From positions 42,085-106,084 of the IMG/VR virus record IMGVR_UViG_3300032288_005212: a DNA stretch of 64,000 bases. One strand, 5' to 3'. Below, in pieces: positions 55,062 through 64,000 of this stretch (positions are counted from its first letter, which is position 1; every line of letters starts with the position of its first letter). This DNA comes from an uncultured virus (IMG/VR IMGVR_UViG_3300032288_005212). Lineage: Duplodnaviria; Heunggongvirae; Uroviricota; Caudoviricetes. The translations under genes were made by a program, and so were the position numbers. The notes under the pieces are model-generated. The model worked only from the letters and a program-made list of their open reading frames with translations. It did no database searches and was not told the origin of the DNA.

Positions 55062-57489
55062 TGAAATTCTCCGTTAGATCTAAATTAACCGTACCAAATT
55101 TGATACCGCTTGAATAAAGTTGTGAAGGTGATGGAGCACTGAATGTTCCATTTGAATAAGTAATCATAGTAAATTTTGAACCCTGCCGTAGCTTTGCTCC
55201 AGTAATTGGAGAAAGGGCGAGGCCTGATATATTTAATCCTGTCTGATTAAGAGAAGCGTTAGAAGCAGAGATTATTTCTGGCCCTTGTTGCTGTAATATA
55301 TCTGGGTCACTTTGTACAATACTATTATTTGCGTAAAATTTATTTTTTTGATTTGTTGCAATATTTCGAAGCGTAATATTATCTAAATTTACTGTACCAG
55401 GCTGTTTAAGAGATAAAAATAGTTGATTATTTGCACCTACAATAAAATTAGCCGGACTAGAGCTATTATAAATATCAAAAGAATCTATATCAATTTTTTC
55501 TGTATTTGCAGCACTTACACTGCTAAAAAATAATTCTGTTTGTACAGGGTTTAATGGGTCACAATAAATTTTTATAGATCTAATTTTATTAGGGTATTCC
55601 CCTACTCTAGCTCTATATCCATCAAATTTTGTACGAGGCGAAACAATTAATTCAAAACTACCTAATGGTGAAACAGCAGTACTATTTATTGAATTACTAA
55701 CAGAACCTATTGCGATATTTGGACAAGTTATAAGAGTAGACGTCCCATAATCAACTGAGTAAAATCCTATATTAGTAGCGCCCTTAATAGTTGAATTACC
55801 TAAAATAGCATTAGTACCAGTGCCAAAACTTAAACTCGATTCGCAAAGAATATTATAATTATTAGTATATACATTTATAATATTAGAAGTTCTTGGAGAA
55901 AGGTTAAAATCATTATATACTGTAATTGAAGTAGAGCTTGATGGGCCTTGAGCGTTTATGTCTGATTGTAAATGTAAATCTGAAATTAAATTTGCTTTAA
56001 AATTATAAATTTTCATATTATTTAGATTTACATAGTGAGGAGATACTGCGGTATTTAAATAACCAGCAGCATCATGTAACGCAATAAAATCAAAACCAAT
56101 TGATCCAACAAAGGATAGTCCTGATAAATCAATATTACCTCCATAGACGCCACCACCAAGACTGAGTGAATACCAAAATTTTGTGCGATTTTGAGTATAT
56201 AAATTTTTACAAGACAAATAACCCAAATCAAAAAATAAATCGCCATCATAACTATTGTCATCAATAATTACAGTGTCATTATTATTTGGAAAATTTTCTC
56301 TATTTGGAGACCCGCCGGACGATAGGGCCCAAATATTATTAAGTTGCCATACTTCTCCACTAGAGTTTGGAGAAGCAACAAGATATACTGTTCTTGGGGA
56401 ATAAATAAAATTAACATTATCCGGCGGCTCGAATGAAGTATCTACATATCTATTATCTATACCGGAAAATTGATTTGGAGAAGTTGTATATACCCATGCA
56501 TACCGTATGTCTAAATGATTAAAATTTGAAATATTATTAACTTGTGTGGGATATGAACCAGTTAACTCAACATTTATTCTTTTATCATAATCTGTACCAA
56601 TAAAATTTAAATTAGTTATGATTGGAGACTGTGAAGTATCGTGGTAAAAAGTTGTAATGCTTCCATCAGGATCGTCCTGATAAGCGTATACATTTAAGTT
56701 ATTATTTATAGTTGTGGTAGTTCCAATATACCTTTCAAAATAGGCAAAAGAAGTTACGGGTTTTAAATTGATTTCTTTAAATGGGTTAGTATTGCCGCCC
56801 CAGTCTAAGTAATAACCTCCACTTAAATTTAATATAGGACTTCCAGTATAATTAGTGCCGTAATGTCTAAAAAATTGATCATTTATTGCGGCAGCGCTCA
56901 TAGGGCTCATAGTTATTGTAGAAGATCCAAAATTATAAAACCCGCTATTAAGATTACCTAGTTCAAGAGACTCCGACACTTCTATATTAAAATTATTAGT
57001 ATTTACAGTAGGGCTGCCATATATTGACATAGAGCCGCATCTTACATCGCTCAATAAATTTATTACCGATAGCGGGCTACCAGAATCAATTGCTATATAA
57101 TCTATATAGCAATTATTAAGTGATAGCTCTGGAGATGTAATAGATAAAGGATCTACGTCTAGTTTACTAATATTAGTTTCAAATAAATGTGGTGATGGGC
57201 ATAAAAATGATCCTACAACAAAAGTTCTTGGAATACCTCCGGTATTATTAGTAGTATAAGTTTCTAAACTTAACTTTTTATCTACAGCAGACGCATGAAA
57301 TAATCTTACTGTTTTTATTCCAAGACCCATTGACACAACAAAAGGCGACCCGGTATCAGAATTTGCATCAAAATAAACATCATCAGGGCTGGTCGGCACT
57401 GATGCGCCTCCAGCCCCGCCTGAAGTTGTTGACCATTTTAACGGATCATCCCAATTTCCTGATCCGCCAACCCAATACCTGTCAGCCAT
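55051..57489 (-). CDS. Putative beta-helix adhesin/tail-spike-like protein
   Basis: MADRYWVGGSGNW...WS..SGG.GGASVP...DDV.FD.NS N-terminus with a second internal copy; N/S/T-rich. Confidence 0.65.
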   Translation of the reverse strand: MADRYWVGGSGNWDDPLKWSTTSGGAGGASVPTSPDDVYFDANSDTGSPFVVSMGLGIKTVRLFHASAVDKKLSLETYTTNNTGGIPRTFVVGSFLCPSPHLFETNISKLDVDPLSITSPELSLNNCYIDYIAIDSGSPLSVINLLSDVRCGSMSIYGSPTVNTNNFNIEVSESLELGNLNSGFYNFGSSTITMSPMSAAAINDQFFRHYGTNYTGSPILNLSGGYYLDWGGNTNPFKEINLKPVTSFAYFERYIGTTTTINNNLNVYAYQDDPDGSITTFYHDTSQSPIITNLNFIGTDYDKRINVELTGSYPTQVNNISNFNHLDIRYAWVYTTSPNQFSGIDNRYVDTSFEPPDNVNFIYSPRTVYLVASPNSSGEVWQLNNIWALSSGGSPNRENFPNNNDTVIIDDNSYDGDLFFDLGYLSCKNLYTQNRTKFWYSLSLGGGVYGGNIDLSGLSFVGSIGFDFIALHDAAGYLNTAVSPHYVNLNNMKIYNFKANLISDLHLQSDINAQGPSSSTSITVYNDFNLSPRTSNIINVYTNNYNILCESSLSFGTGTNAILGNSTIKGATNIGFYSVDYGTSTLITCPNIAIGSVSNSINSTAVSPLGSFELIVSPRTKFDGYRARVGEYPNKIRSIKIYCDPLNPVQTELFFSSVSAANTEKIDIDSFDIYNSSSPANFIVGANNQLFLSLKQPGTVNLDNITLRNIATNQKNKFYANNSIVQSDPDILQQQGPEIISASNASLNQTGLNISGLALSPITGAKLRQGSKFTMITYSNGTFSAPSPSQLYSSGIKFGTVNLDLTENFNGD

Positions 57490-57490
57490 T

Positions 57491-57919
57491 TTAAGCCAGA
57501 GTTAACAAACCATTTGCCTGATCAAAGTCAAGAGTTAATGTTTCGCCAGTTGCAAGAGTAATGGAAGAGCCATAATCGTACCAGCCAATTAATGCATCAA
57601 CTGGTGAAACTGCTGTATCGTTGTATATTACAACATATCTGAACGGCCCCACAGAACCGTTAGCCGCAGTAATTGTATTGTCACCAACTGTTAATTTATA
57701 TGTACCAGAAGTTTGTGCAGAGCTTGAAGGTGAAAGAATTAGACTCGAAGTAGGGGAAACGTTAGTAGTGGAAACTACTGTTAAATCAGCCAACACACTA
57801 TTTGTAGCAAGAGGCGCTGGAGACTCAACAAGAGCAACTCTTAGTGTGTCAGAGCCAAGATTATGTGTTTTTTCTGCAAGATGCTCTACGAAAGCATTAA
57901 ATTTATTAAATGTAGCCAT
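57491..57919 (-). CDS. Small virion/fibre subunit
   Basis: MATFNKFNAF...HNLGSDTL.VAL, GPFRYVVIYND, LIGWYDYG..ITL..GE. Confidence 0.65.
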   Translation of the reverse strand: MATFNKFNAFVEHLAEKTHNLGSDTLRVALVESPAPLATNSVLADLTVVSTTNVSPTSSLILSPSSSAQTSGTYKLTVGDNTITAANGSVGPFRYVVIYNDTAVSPVDALIGWYDYGSSITLATGETLTLDFDQANGLLTLA

Positions 57920-57929
57920 TTATATCTCC

Positions 57930-59459
57930 TTAGGTTGTATCTACCCAAAGTGCACCAATAGAAGGACTCGTAGGTGCCGTTGAGCTTACTGTGATTATTG
58001 AATATCTTCCATCAAGATTTACTGTCGCTCCAGCAGAGCCAACACCACTTAGAGTAAGATTTCCTGTCGATGAGTTAAAACTACCAGTATTAATATAAGA
58101 GTCAGACCCTGATTCTAATAAAGTGGTAGCAGTTGATTGACGTGAATATATTTCACTTACTGAAATAATATGAACTTTTGCATTGTTTGCATACCCGTTT
58201 TGAGTCTGTAATACAATTTTATACATTGGAACCATTTCGGGAAATGGTAATCCATAATTTACAAAAGTTTCAGCAAGAGCATCTTTTTCTGTCGCGTGCT
58301 CTACAGAACCCATTAATAACTTAATGGGATACTGGCTATCATTTGTAGCCAATAACCAGTATGATACAAACTTTCCATTTCCTACTTCTACTAAACTTCC
58401 ACTTCCAGAAGTAATTGAGTTATAAGCCGCTCGGCTTCCTATACTTGCTGGAACCCATGGATCAGAAGAAGGAGTACTTTGTGTATAGTTTGTACCGGTT
58501 AAATAAAGAACAGGTATTACTGCATTTGAATTTATTATCTGCTGATAATGCCCTGCCGGACTCGCTGCATGAGTAATCGAATGAACTAAATCCTCATCCG
58601 CTACTGTAATGTTTGATAGGCCAAGAGATACTGTATTACTATTGAGTGTATAGCTAATATCTCCGCCGTTTCTCCACACAGCTCCAATATTAAGATGCTG
58701 TGCAAGATGCCAATTTGTATCCCTCGAAGAAGAATGTCTCTCATCTCCAAGTATAATTGCCGAAGACCCATTCCAATAAACATATGCAACTAAAAGATCA
58801 TCGATTATTGATGGAGTTGCTCCAACCACTCCTTCCTCTAAAAGGTAAGTAGTTGGATTAAACTTGATATATCTCCCGCCAGGCGTATTTGTAATTACAA
58901 GAGTCTTTGTTGTATCTGTAGTAATTCGCTTTCCGCGATAATATACATTAAAGCTAGTACCTGTTGGAAAAAGAGAAAAAGTTCTAGTGCCGGCATTAAA
59001 AGAATAATCCGAATCAACTAGATTCGGAAATCCTGTCATATCTTTGGTAATGTCTCCTACAGTCTCTCTTGAATAATTATCAACAGCTCCTCCCGAAAAA
59101 GGTGCTGTTATAGTTACATCTTTTACTACCTTTACTTTTCCGATAAGTAGTGTAGTAACTTCATTTGCAGCATTTACTTCTTGAAGATCGTAAAAGTAAG
59201 TTTTCGATTCAAGAGTTATGGTCTCTTCTGGAGCGACCATAATTGTAAGAATACCCAAAGCAGCATTTGGAGAACCTGCAGTTGCTGGTCCAATTTGAAG
59301 TGCTGCATCAGCATCTGTATCATCTATGTTCGACTTAAGAGTAAGCCAGTATTCGTTTCCTGTAATATTTTCGGGTGCGCCAGCGGAAGTCTGAATATTA
59401 AATGTTAATATCCAGGTATCTCCGCGTACTTGATTATCAAGATTTTTTTCCGTATACAT
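57930..59459 (-). CDS. Fibre/baseplate protein with N-terminal adaptor (BppU/collar-like) domain
   Basis: RGDT...TLK...YFYDLQ...GKVKVVKDVT; C-terminal VSSTAP.SP..G.LWVDT. Confidence 0.6.
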   Translation of the reverse strand: MYTEKNLDNQVRGDTWILTFNIQTSAGAPENITGNEYWLTLKSNIDDTDADAALQIGPATAGSPNAALGILTIMVAPEETITLESKTYFYDLQEVNAANEVTTLLIGKVKVVKDVTITAPFSGGAVDNYSRETVGDITKDMTGFPNLVDSDYSFNAGTRTFSLFPTGTSFNVYYRGKRITTDTTKTLVITNTPGGRYIKFNPTTYLLEEGVVGATPSIIDDLLVAYVYWNGSSAIILGDERHSSSRDTNWHLAQHLNIGAVWRNGGDISYTLNSNTVSLGLSNITVADEDLVHSITHAASPAGHYQQIINSNAVIPVLYLTGTNYTQSTPSSDPWVPASIGSRAAYNSITSGSGSLVEVGNGKFVSYWLLATNDSQYPIKLLMGSVEHATEKDALAETFVNYGLPFPEMVPMYKIVLQTQNGYANNAKVHIISVSEIYSRQSTATTLLESGSDSYINTGSFNSSTGNLTLSGVGSAGATVNLDGRYSIITVSSTAPTSPSIGALWVDTT

Positions 59460-59815
59460 TAGGTACTTCTAGTCACATCTTTTACTACCTTTACTTTTCC
59501 AAGTAAAATGGTTTTAATAATTGGTGGAGAAGATGTATCTGCCTGCTGAACATCATAGTTATATGTTTGAGCAGTGATGTTTGTAGAGGCGTGCGGTACG
59601 TTAATGTAAACGATACCATTTGTGGCATTAACTCCAGAAGCTACAGTACTAACCTGTAGCTGACCTGGGTCTGAAGAATCTATATCACTTTTTAGTGTAA
59701 ACCAATAAGTATAATTAGTGATATTTACTATTGAATTGTTTTCTGTGACGGTAAGTTTTATTGACCAGTCATCTCCGCGAACTAGCGGATTTAAATCTTT
59801 TGCTGTATAAGACAT
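59459..59815 (-). CDS. Collar/adaptor protein, paralog of the 57930-59459 N-terminus
   Basis: RGDDW...TLKS.ID..D...Y.YDVQ...GKVKVVKDVT; position of T5 p132. Confidence 0.6.
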   Translation of the reverse strand: MSYTAKDLNPLVRGDDWSIKLTVTENNSIVNITNYTYWFTLKSDIDSSDPGQLQVSTVASGVNATNGIVYINVPHASTNITAQTYNYDVQQADTSSPPIIKTILLGKVKVVKDVTRST

Positions 59816-59864
59816 AGATTTTCCTATCTAGCTCGCTCAAATCGTAGAGCTTTAAATTATACAA

Positions 59865-59893
59865 ATTATATCAGTCGAGGACCAAATTGTCAA
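59865..59893 (-). promoter_or_regulatory. Promoter for the fibre cassette
   Basis: TTGACA-17 nt-TATAAT on the minus strand. Confidence 0.88.
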
Positions 59894-59910
59894 GTTTTAT
59901 TTTTTGGAGG

Positions 59911-60330
59911 TTAACTGGTACAAAAATTATGCTGATCTATTCGAATAGTGCGCTTACAAAAAGTCTTTTTCCAGAATGGATTTGCTTTTCGTGGATTATA
60001 ATAATAATAAGAATCCTTTACGAGATTTTGGTACTTTCCGAGTAGTACATTTTTTGCCACTTCTTCACTGATTTTCCATTCTTCGAGATCGATTGGTTTT
60101 GTAGAAGTACAAGACCAACTAAACTGGCAGGTCTCATAAACAACTTCACAAATAGTTTTTGGAAAGTCAGGATGTTGCAGTCGATTAAGAGTAACATAAC
60201 CAACTGCAATTTTTCCTGCTTCCATCTCTCCTCTTGCTTCGTGATAGATATTCTGCGTGAGGCAGAAAGTTTGAAATTTGTCCGAAGCATTTACAGAAAT
60301 TGAAAATAATAAAAGAAATAATAATCTCAT
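59911..60330 (-). CDS. SleB-like cell wall hydrolase with signal peptide
   Basis: CL..NIYHEARGE...G..AV..V..NR...FP.TICEVV....QFSW, H.F. Confidence 0.92.
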   Translation of the reverse strand: MRLLFLLLFSISVNASDKFQTFCLTQNIYHEARGEMEAGKIAVGYVTLNRLQHPDFPKTICEVVYETCQFSWSCTSTKPIDLEEWKISEEVAKNVLLGKYQNLVKDSYYYYNPRKANPFWKKTFCKRTIRIDQHNFCTS

Positions 60331-63300
60331 GCAAGATTTCCTAAACGTACACGAAGAACACCTGCTGCATATATATCAATTCTATTGTTAGTGGCATCCA
60401 TAAATATTCCAGAAACTCCACCAGCTGGGCTTGCTTTAAGGCTAGATATTGCTAATTGAGTAGTAGTTATAGCATTTGCGGCAATTACCCCAGTCTTTAA
60501 GTAACTTGTTTCTTGTATCCAAGCAGTCGAAGCAGGACTATACCTCCAAGCTGTTTGAGACGGAGTTGCAGCACTATTTTCTACTATAGCACTATAACCT
60601 AATTCGGGACTAACGACTTCACCACTACTTGGAGGCCCTAAGTTTGCCCCAGCAGTACCTGTCCCAGTCCCCGTTCCTGATCTTTTAAAGAAATAAAATC
60701 CTGGACCACCCTGAGGTCCGGTGGCGCCGTCTGTGCCATCAATACCATCAATACCATTAGTACCACTTTTTGATTTAGAAAATTTTTGTGTTTTTGTTAA
60801 AGAAAAAGAAGTGCCAGTACTTGTTTTTCCCGTTATAGTAAATGTAGCTGTAGAAGTATCAGTACCAGAAGCCACCCCAGCTGTATAATTATAACTTACA
60901 TAAGTTGTAAAGTTATTTAAAGTTGGAATAGTTATATTAGTTCCTACAGCAGATACAGTCCAAGTACCAGCAGTAGTTCCTAAACCATTATAAGTTAATA
61001 AGTTTGCACCTTCATATACACGTATTTCTGTTCCAGAATTTGTATAAGTGCTAACAGCTCCTGTACTGCTTGCTGGAAACACATGAGATTCATTTGATAA
61101 AGTAGCAACTACAGCATTTGAAGCAGAGTTTACAACTGCCACTCCCTGCTCATCTAATTTAGTAGTAAATCCTCCAGCAGCATATAATTCTGCTTTTATA
61201 GAAGTACACCCAGAAGTAGGAGTATACACAGTACTAGATTCATTAACACTACTTGCGTATGATTCCGTGCCAGAACCGTTTTCGTATATTTTAAATCTTC
61301 CTGCATATGCTGATGCAGCGGCTATTCCTACCTGTGAAAAAGAAGAAAAAGTTACCGAAGTTGGAGTAAAAGTATTTGCATCATTTTTAGCTAAAGCAGC
61401 TACACTAGATGTTAGCCAATAGGAAGTAGATGAAGCTCCGTCCTGTGCAATTAATCTTGCTGGACTTGTCCATTCTCCAATTGGTATAAAGTCTGTTGGA
61501 CTATTTTGTGCTGCAGTAGCTTGAATTGCCCATAAATAAGCTCCTCCAGTAATAGGAACTTCTGGACTCCAAGCAGAAGGTTGATTAGTAATAGCTCCGG
61601 TACTAAAAGTATAAGTAGCAGTAGCAGGAGTTGTACCTACTGCTGGAGCTGTTGAAGTACCTGTTCTTTGATATAGAAGAACTGTAGCTACGTTTAAGCC
61701 ATTTGTACCATCATTTCCATTCTGAGATAATAATACCGGTGAAGTCCATTCAGTACTTAATACTTGATCAGTATTAGTAGTTGAACTAGCAGTAGCTACA
61801 GTTACATATAATGGGCTTGTTCCAGTTGGAATAGTTTTAGACCATCCATTAGACAATGTTGTAGTAATAGAAGGAGTGGGGGAGAAACTATAATCTACCG
61901 TTCCTGGATTATCTGTTGGTGCTACGTTAACTCTTTTATAGGCATATATTTGGGCTGTATTGGCACCAGAAGTACCAGAAGTACCATCCTGTGCTATTAA
62001 TCTTGCTGGGCTTGCCCACTCTCCTATGCCAATAGTATCTGTTGGACTATTTTGTGCTGCGGTAGCTTGAATTGCCCATAAATAAGCTCCTCCAGTAATA
62101 GGAACTTGAGGACTCCACCCAGAAGGAGGATTTGCTACATCTCCACTACTAAAAGTATAAGTAGCAGTAGCAGGAGTTGTACCTACTGCTGGAGCTGTTG
62201 AAGTACCTGTTCTTTGATATAAAAATACTGTAGCAGTATTTAATCCATTAATTCCATTAGTACCATCGGTACCGGACAGCAAAACAGGGCTACTCCATTC
62301 ACCACTAGATATTTGATCTGTAAGGCTAGTTGAAAGTGCGGAAGCTACAGTTACATACAGCGGACTAGTCCCGCTTGGAATAGTTTTAGACCAACCGTTT
62401 GATAAAGTAACTGGTGAAGTTATAGATGATGAAGAAAAAGTATATTCTATATTTCCAGGATTATCTGTAGGGGCTATATTTACTCTCTTATAAGCGTATA
62501 CTTGAGCATTATTTGACCCTGCAGCACCAGCAGCACCATTTTGAGATATTAACCTAGCTGGGCTTGCCCATTCACCAACATTTATTACATCCGTTGGAGA
62601 GTTTGAAGCAGCTGTAGCTTGAATTGCCCATAAATAATCTCCACCACTGATAGGCACTGAAGTTGTCCACCCTGTGGGAGGACTTGCAATATTACCACTA
62701 GCAAAAGTATATATAGTATTAGCAGGACTTGTACCTACTGCTGGAACTATACTATTAGTTGTTCTCTGGTACAATAATACTGTAGCAGTATTTAAACCAT
62801 CAAGACCACTTTGACTTAATAATACTGGAGAAGACCATTCTGTACTTAATATTTGATCTGTATTAGTTGATGACAAAGCGGAAGCTATTGTAACATATAA
62901 TGGACTTGTTCCAGTTGGAATAGTTTTAGACCAGCCATTTGATAAAGTAACTGGTGAAGTTATTGAGGGTGTCGGAGAAAAAGAATACTCTACATTTCCT
63001 GGGTTATCTGTAGGAGCTGAACTTACTCTTTTGTAGGCATATACTTGAGTAATATTATTTCCACTAACTCCTGGGGTTCCATTTTGAGATATTAGTCTTG
63101 CTGGGCTTGCCCACTCTCCTATGCCAATAGTGTCTGTTGGACTATTTTGTGCTGCAGTAGCTTGAATTGCCCATAAATAATCTCCACCAGAAATAGGAAT
63201 AGTAGAACTCCAACCACTTGGTTCATTAGTAACAACCCCACTACTAAAAGTATAAGTAGCAGTAGCAGGAGTTGTACCTACTGCTGGAGCTGTTGAAGTA

Positions 63301-64000
63301 GTAGTTCTTTGATATAAAAATACTGTAGCACTATTTAAGCCATCTAAACCATTTTGAGTTAGCAATACTGGAGAAGACCATTCTGTACTTAATATTTGAT
63401 CTGTTGGAGTATCTGATAATGCTGTTGCTATTGTTACATATAGCGGATTAGTGCCGCTTGGAATAGTTTTAGACCAATTATTTGCTAAAGTAACTGGGGA
63501 AACAATTGTAGCGGTAGGAGAAAAAGAATACTCTACATTACCTGGGTTATCTGTAGGAGCTGGACTTACTCTTTTGTAGGCATATACTTGTGCAATATTT
63601 TTACCGGAAGCACCTACCGGACCAGCCTGAGCTATTAATTTAGCAGGACTTGCCCACTCTCCTATAGCTATAATATCGGTAGGTGAGGAAGAAATAGCTG
63701 TGGCTTGAGTAGCCCATAAATAATCTCCACCAGAAGCAGGAATACCTGGACTCCAACCAGTAGGTGGGCTTCCTAAAACACCAGTTGAAAAAGTATAAGT
63801 AGCAGTAGTTGGTGTAGAACCAATTGGTGGTGGAGTAGAGCTAGAAGTTTTTTGATATAAAAATACTGTGGCAGTACTTAATCCATCCAATCCATTTTGA
63901 GCTAGTAATACTGGTGTTGACCATTCTGTACTTAATATTTGATCCGTATTTGTAGTAGAATAAGCAGTAGCTGCAGTAACATATAATGGGTTACTCCCAC
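60327..64000 (-). CDS. Central tail fibre/host-specificity protein, 5' end beyond the window
   Basis: Frame stays open to 64000; alternating ~90-aa A/B repeats with Gly-X-Y linkers; gpJ-like C-terminus IDIYAAGVLRVRLGNL. Confidence 0.8.
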   Translation of the reverse strand, partial: GSNPLYVTAATAYSTTNTDQILSTEWSTPVLLAQNGLDGLSTATVFLYQKTSSSTPPPIGSTPTTATYTFSTGVLGSPPTGWSPGIPASGGDYLWATQATAISSSPTDIIAIGEWASPAKLIAQAGPVGASGKNIAQVYAYKRVSPAPTDNPGNVEYSFSPTATIVSPVTLANNWSKTIPSGTNPLYVTIATALSDTPTDQILSTEWSSPVLLTQNGLDGLNSATVFLYQRTTTSTAPAVGTTPATATYTFSSGVVTNEPSGWSSTIPISGGDYLWAIQATAAQNSPTDTIGIGEWASPARLISQNGTPGVSGNNITQVYAYKRVSSAPTDNPGNVEYSFSPTPSITSPVTLSNGWSKTIPTGTSPLYVTIASALSSTNTDQILSTEWSSPVLLSQSGLDGLNTATVLLYQRTTNSIVPAVGTSPANTIYTFASGNIASPPTGWTTSVPISGGDYLWAIQATAASNSPTDVINVGEWASPARLISQNGAAGAAGSNNAQVYAYKRVNIAPTDNPGNIEYTFSSSSITSPVTLSNGWSKTIPSGTSPLYVTVASALSTSLTDQISSGEWSSPVLLSGTDGTNGINGLNTATVFLYQRTGTSTAPAVGTTPATATYTFSSGDVANPPSGWSPQVPITGGAYLWAIQATAAQNSPTDTIGIGEWASPARLIAQDGTSGTSGANTAQIYAYKRVNVAPTDNPGTVDYSFSPTPSITTTLSNGWSKTIPTGTSPLYVTVATASSTTNTDQVLSTEWTSPVLLSQNGNDGTNGLNVATVLLYQRTGTSTAPAVGTTPATATYTFSTGAITNQPSAWSPEVPITGGAYLWAIQATAAQNSPTDFIPIGEWTSPARLIAQDGASSTSYWLTSSVAALAKNDANTFTPTSVTFSSFSQVGIAAASAYAGRFKIYENGSGTESYASSVNESSTVYTPTSGCTSIKAELYAAGGFTTKLDEQGVAVVNSASNAVVATLSNESHVFPASSTGAVSTYTNSGTEIRVYEGANLLTYNGLGTTAGTWTVSAVGTNITIPTLNNFTTYVSYNYTAGVASGTDTSTATFTITGKTSTGTSFSLTKTQKFSKSKSGTNGIDGIDGTDGATGPQGGPGFYFFKRSGTGTGTGTAGANLGPPSSGEVVSPELGYSAIVENSAATPSQTAWRYSPASTAWIQETSYLKTGVIAANAITTTQLAISSLKASPAGGVSGIFMDATNNRIDIYAAGVLRVRLGNLA

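Overview
This is a 64-kb piece of a lytic T5-like siphovirus genome (Demerecviridae-related; host probably a proteobacterium). Left to right it contains: (1) a minus-strand array of tiny, partly paralogous hypothetical ORFs plus 3 tRNAs (1-7.9 kb); (2) mazG, thyX, phoH and hsp20; (3) a holin and GH24 endolysin, translationally coupled to a 12.3-kb AT-rich 16-gene glycan operon (about 7 glycosyltransferase-like genes, 3 methyltransferases, UDP-Glc dehydrogenase, an epimerase, a full dehydratase/reductase/2-epimerase trio for UDP-2-acetamido-2,6-dideoxy-L-hexoses, and a prolyl-hydroxylase-like 2OG-Fe(II) oxygenase); (4) the T5 replication block in T5 order (D2, D3, PC4-like, split NAD ligase, D5, helicase, primase, PolA, D10-D15), interrupted between primase and polymerase by an RNA island with 5 tRNAs and a circularly permuted two-piece tmRNA; (5) nrdA, a C5-methyltransferase and nrdB; (6) a convergent minus-strand tail/fibre block with a 22-aa-repeat fibre and an alternating-repeat central fibre that runs off the window. 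The best candidate for a new system is phage-encoded virion glycosylation. The sugar pathway is soluble and lysis-linked, and several virion proteins show a strong, codon-independent excess of Ser-Pro dipeptides that could be the acceptor motif. All calls come from motif reading and synteny by eye; no searches were run.
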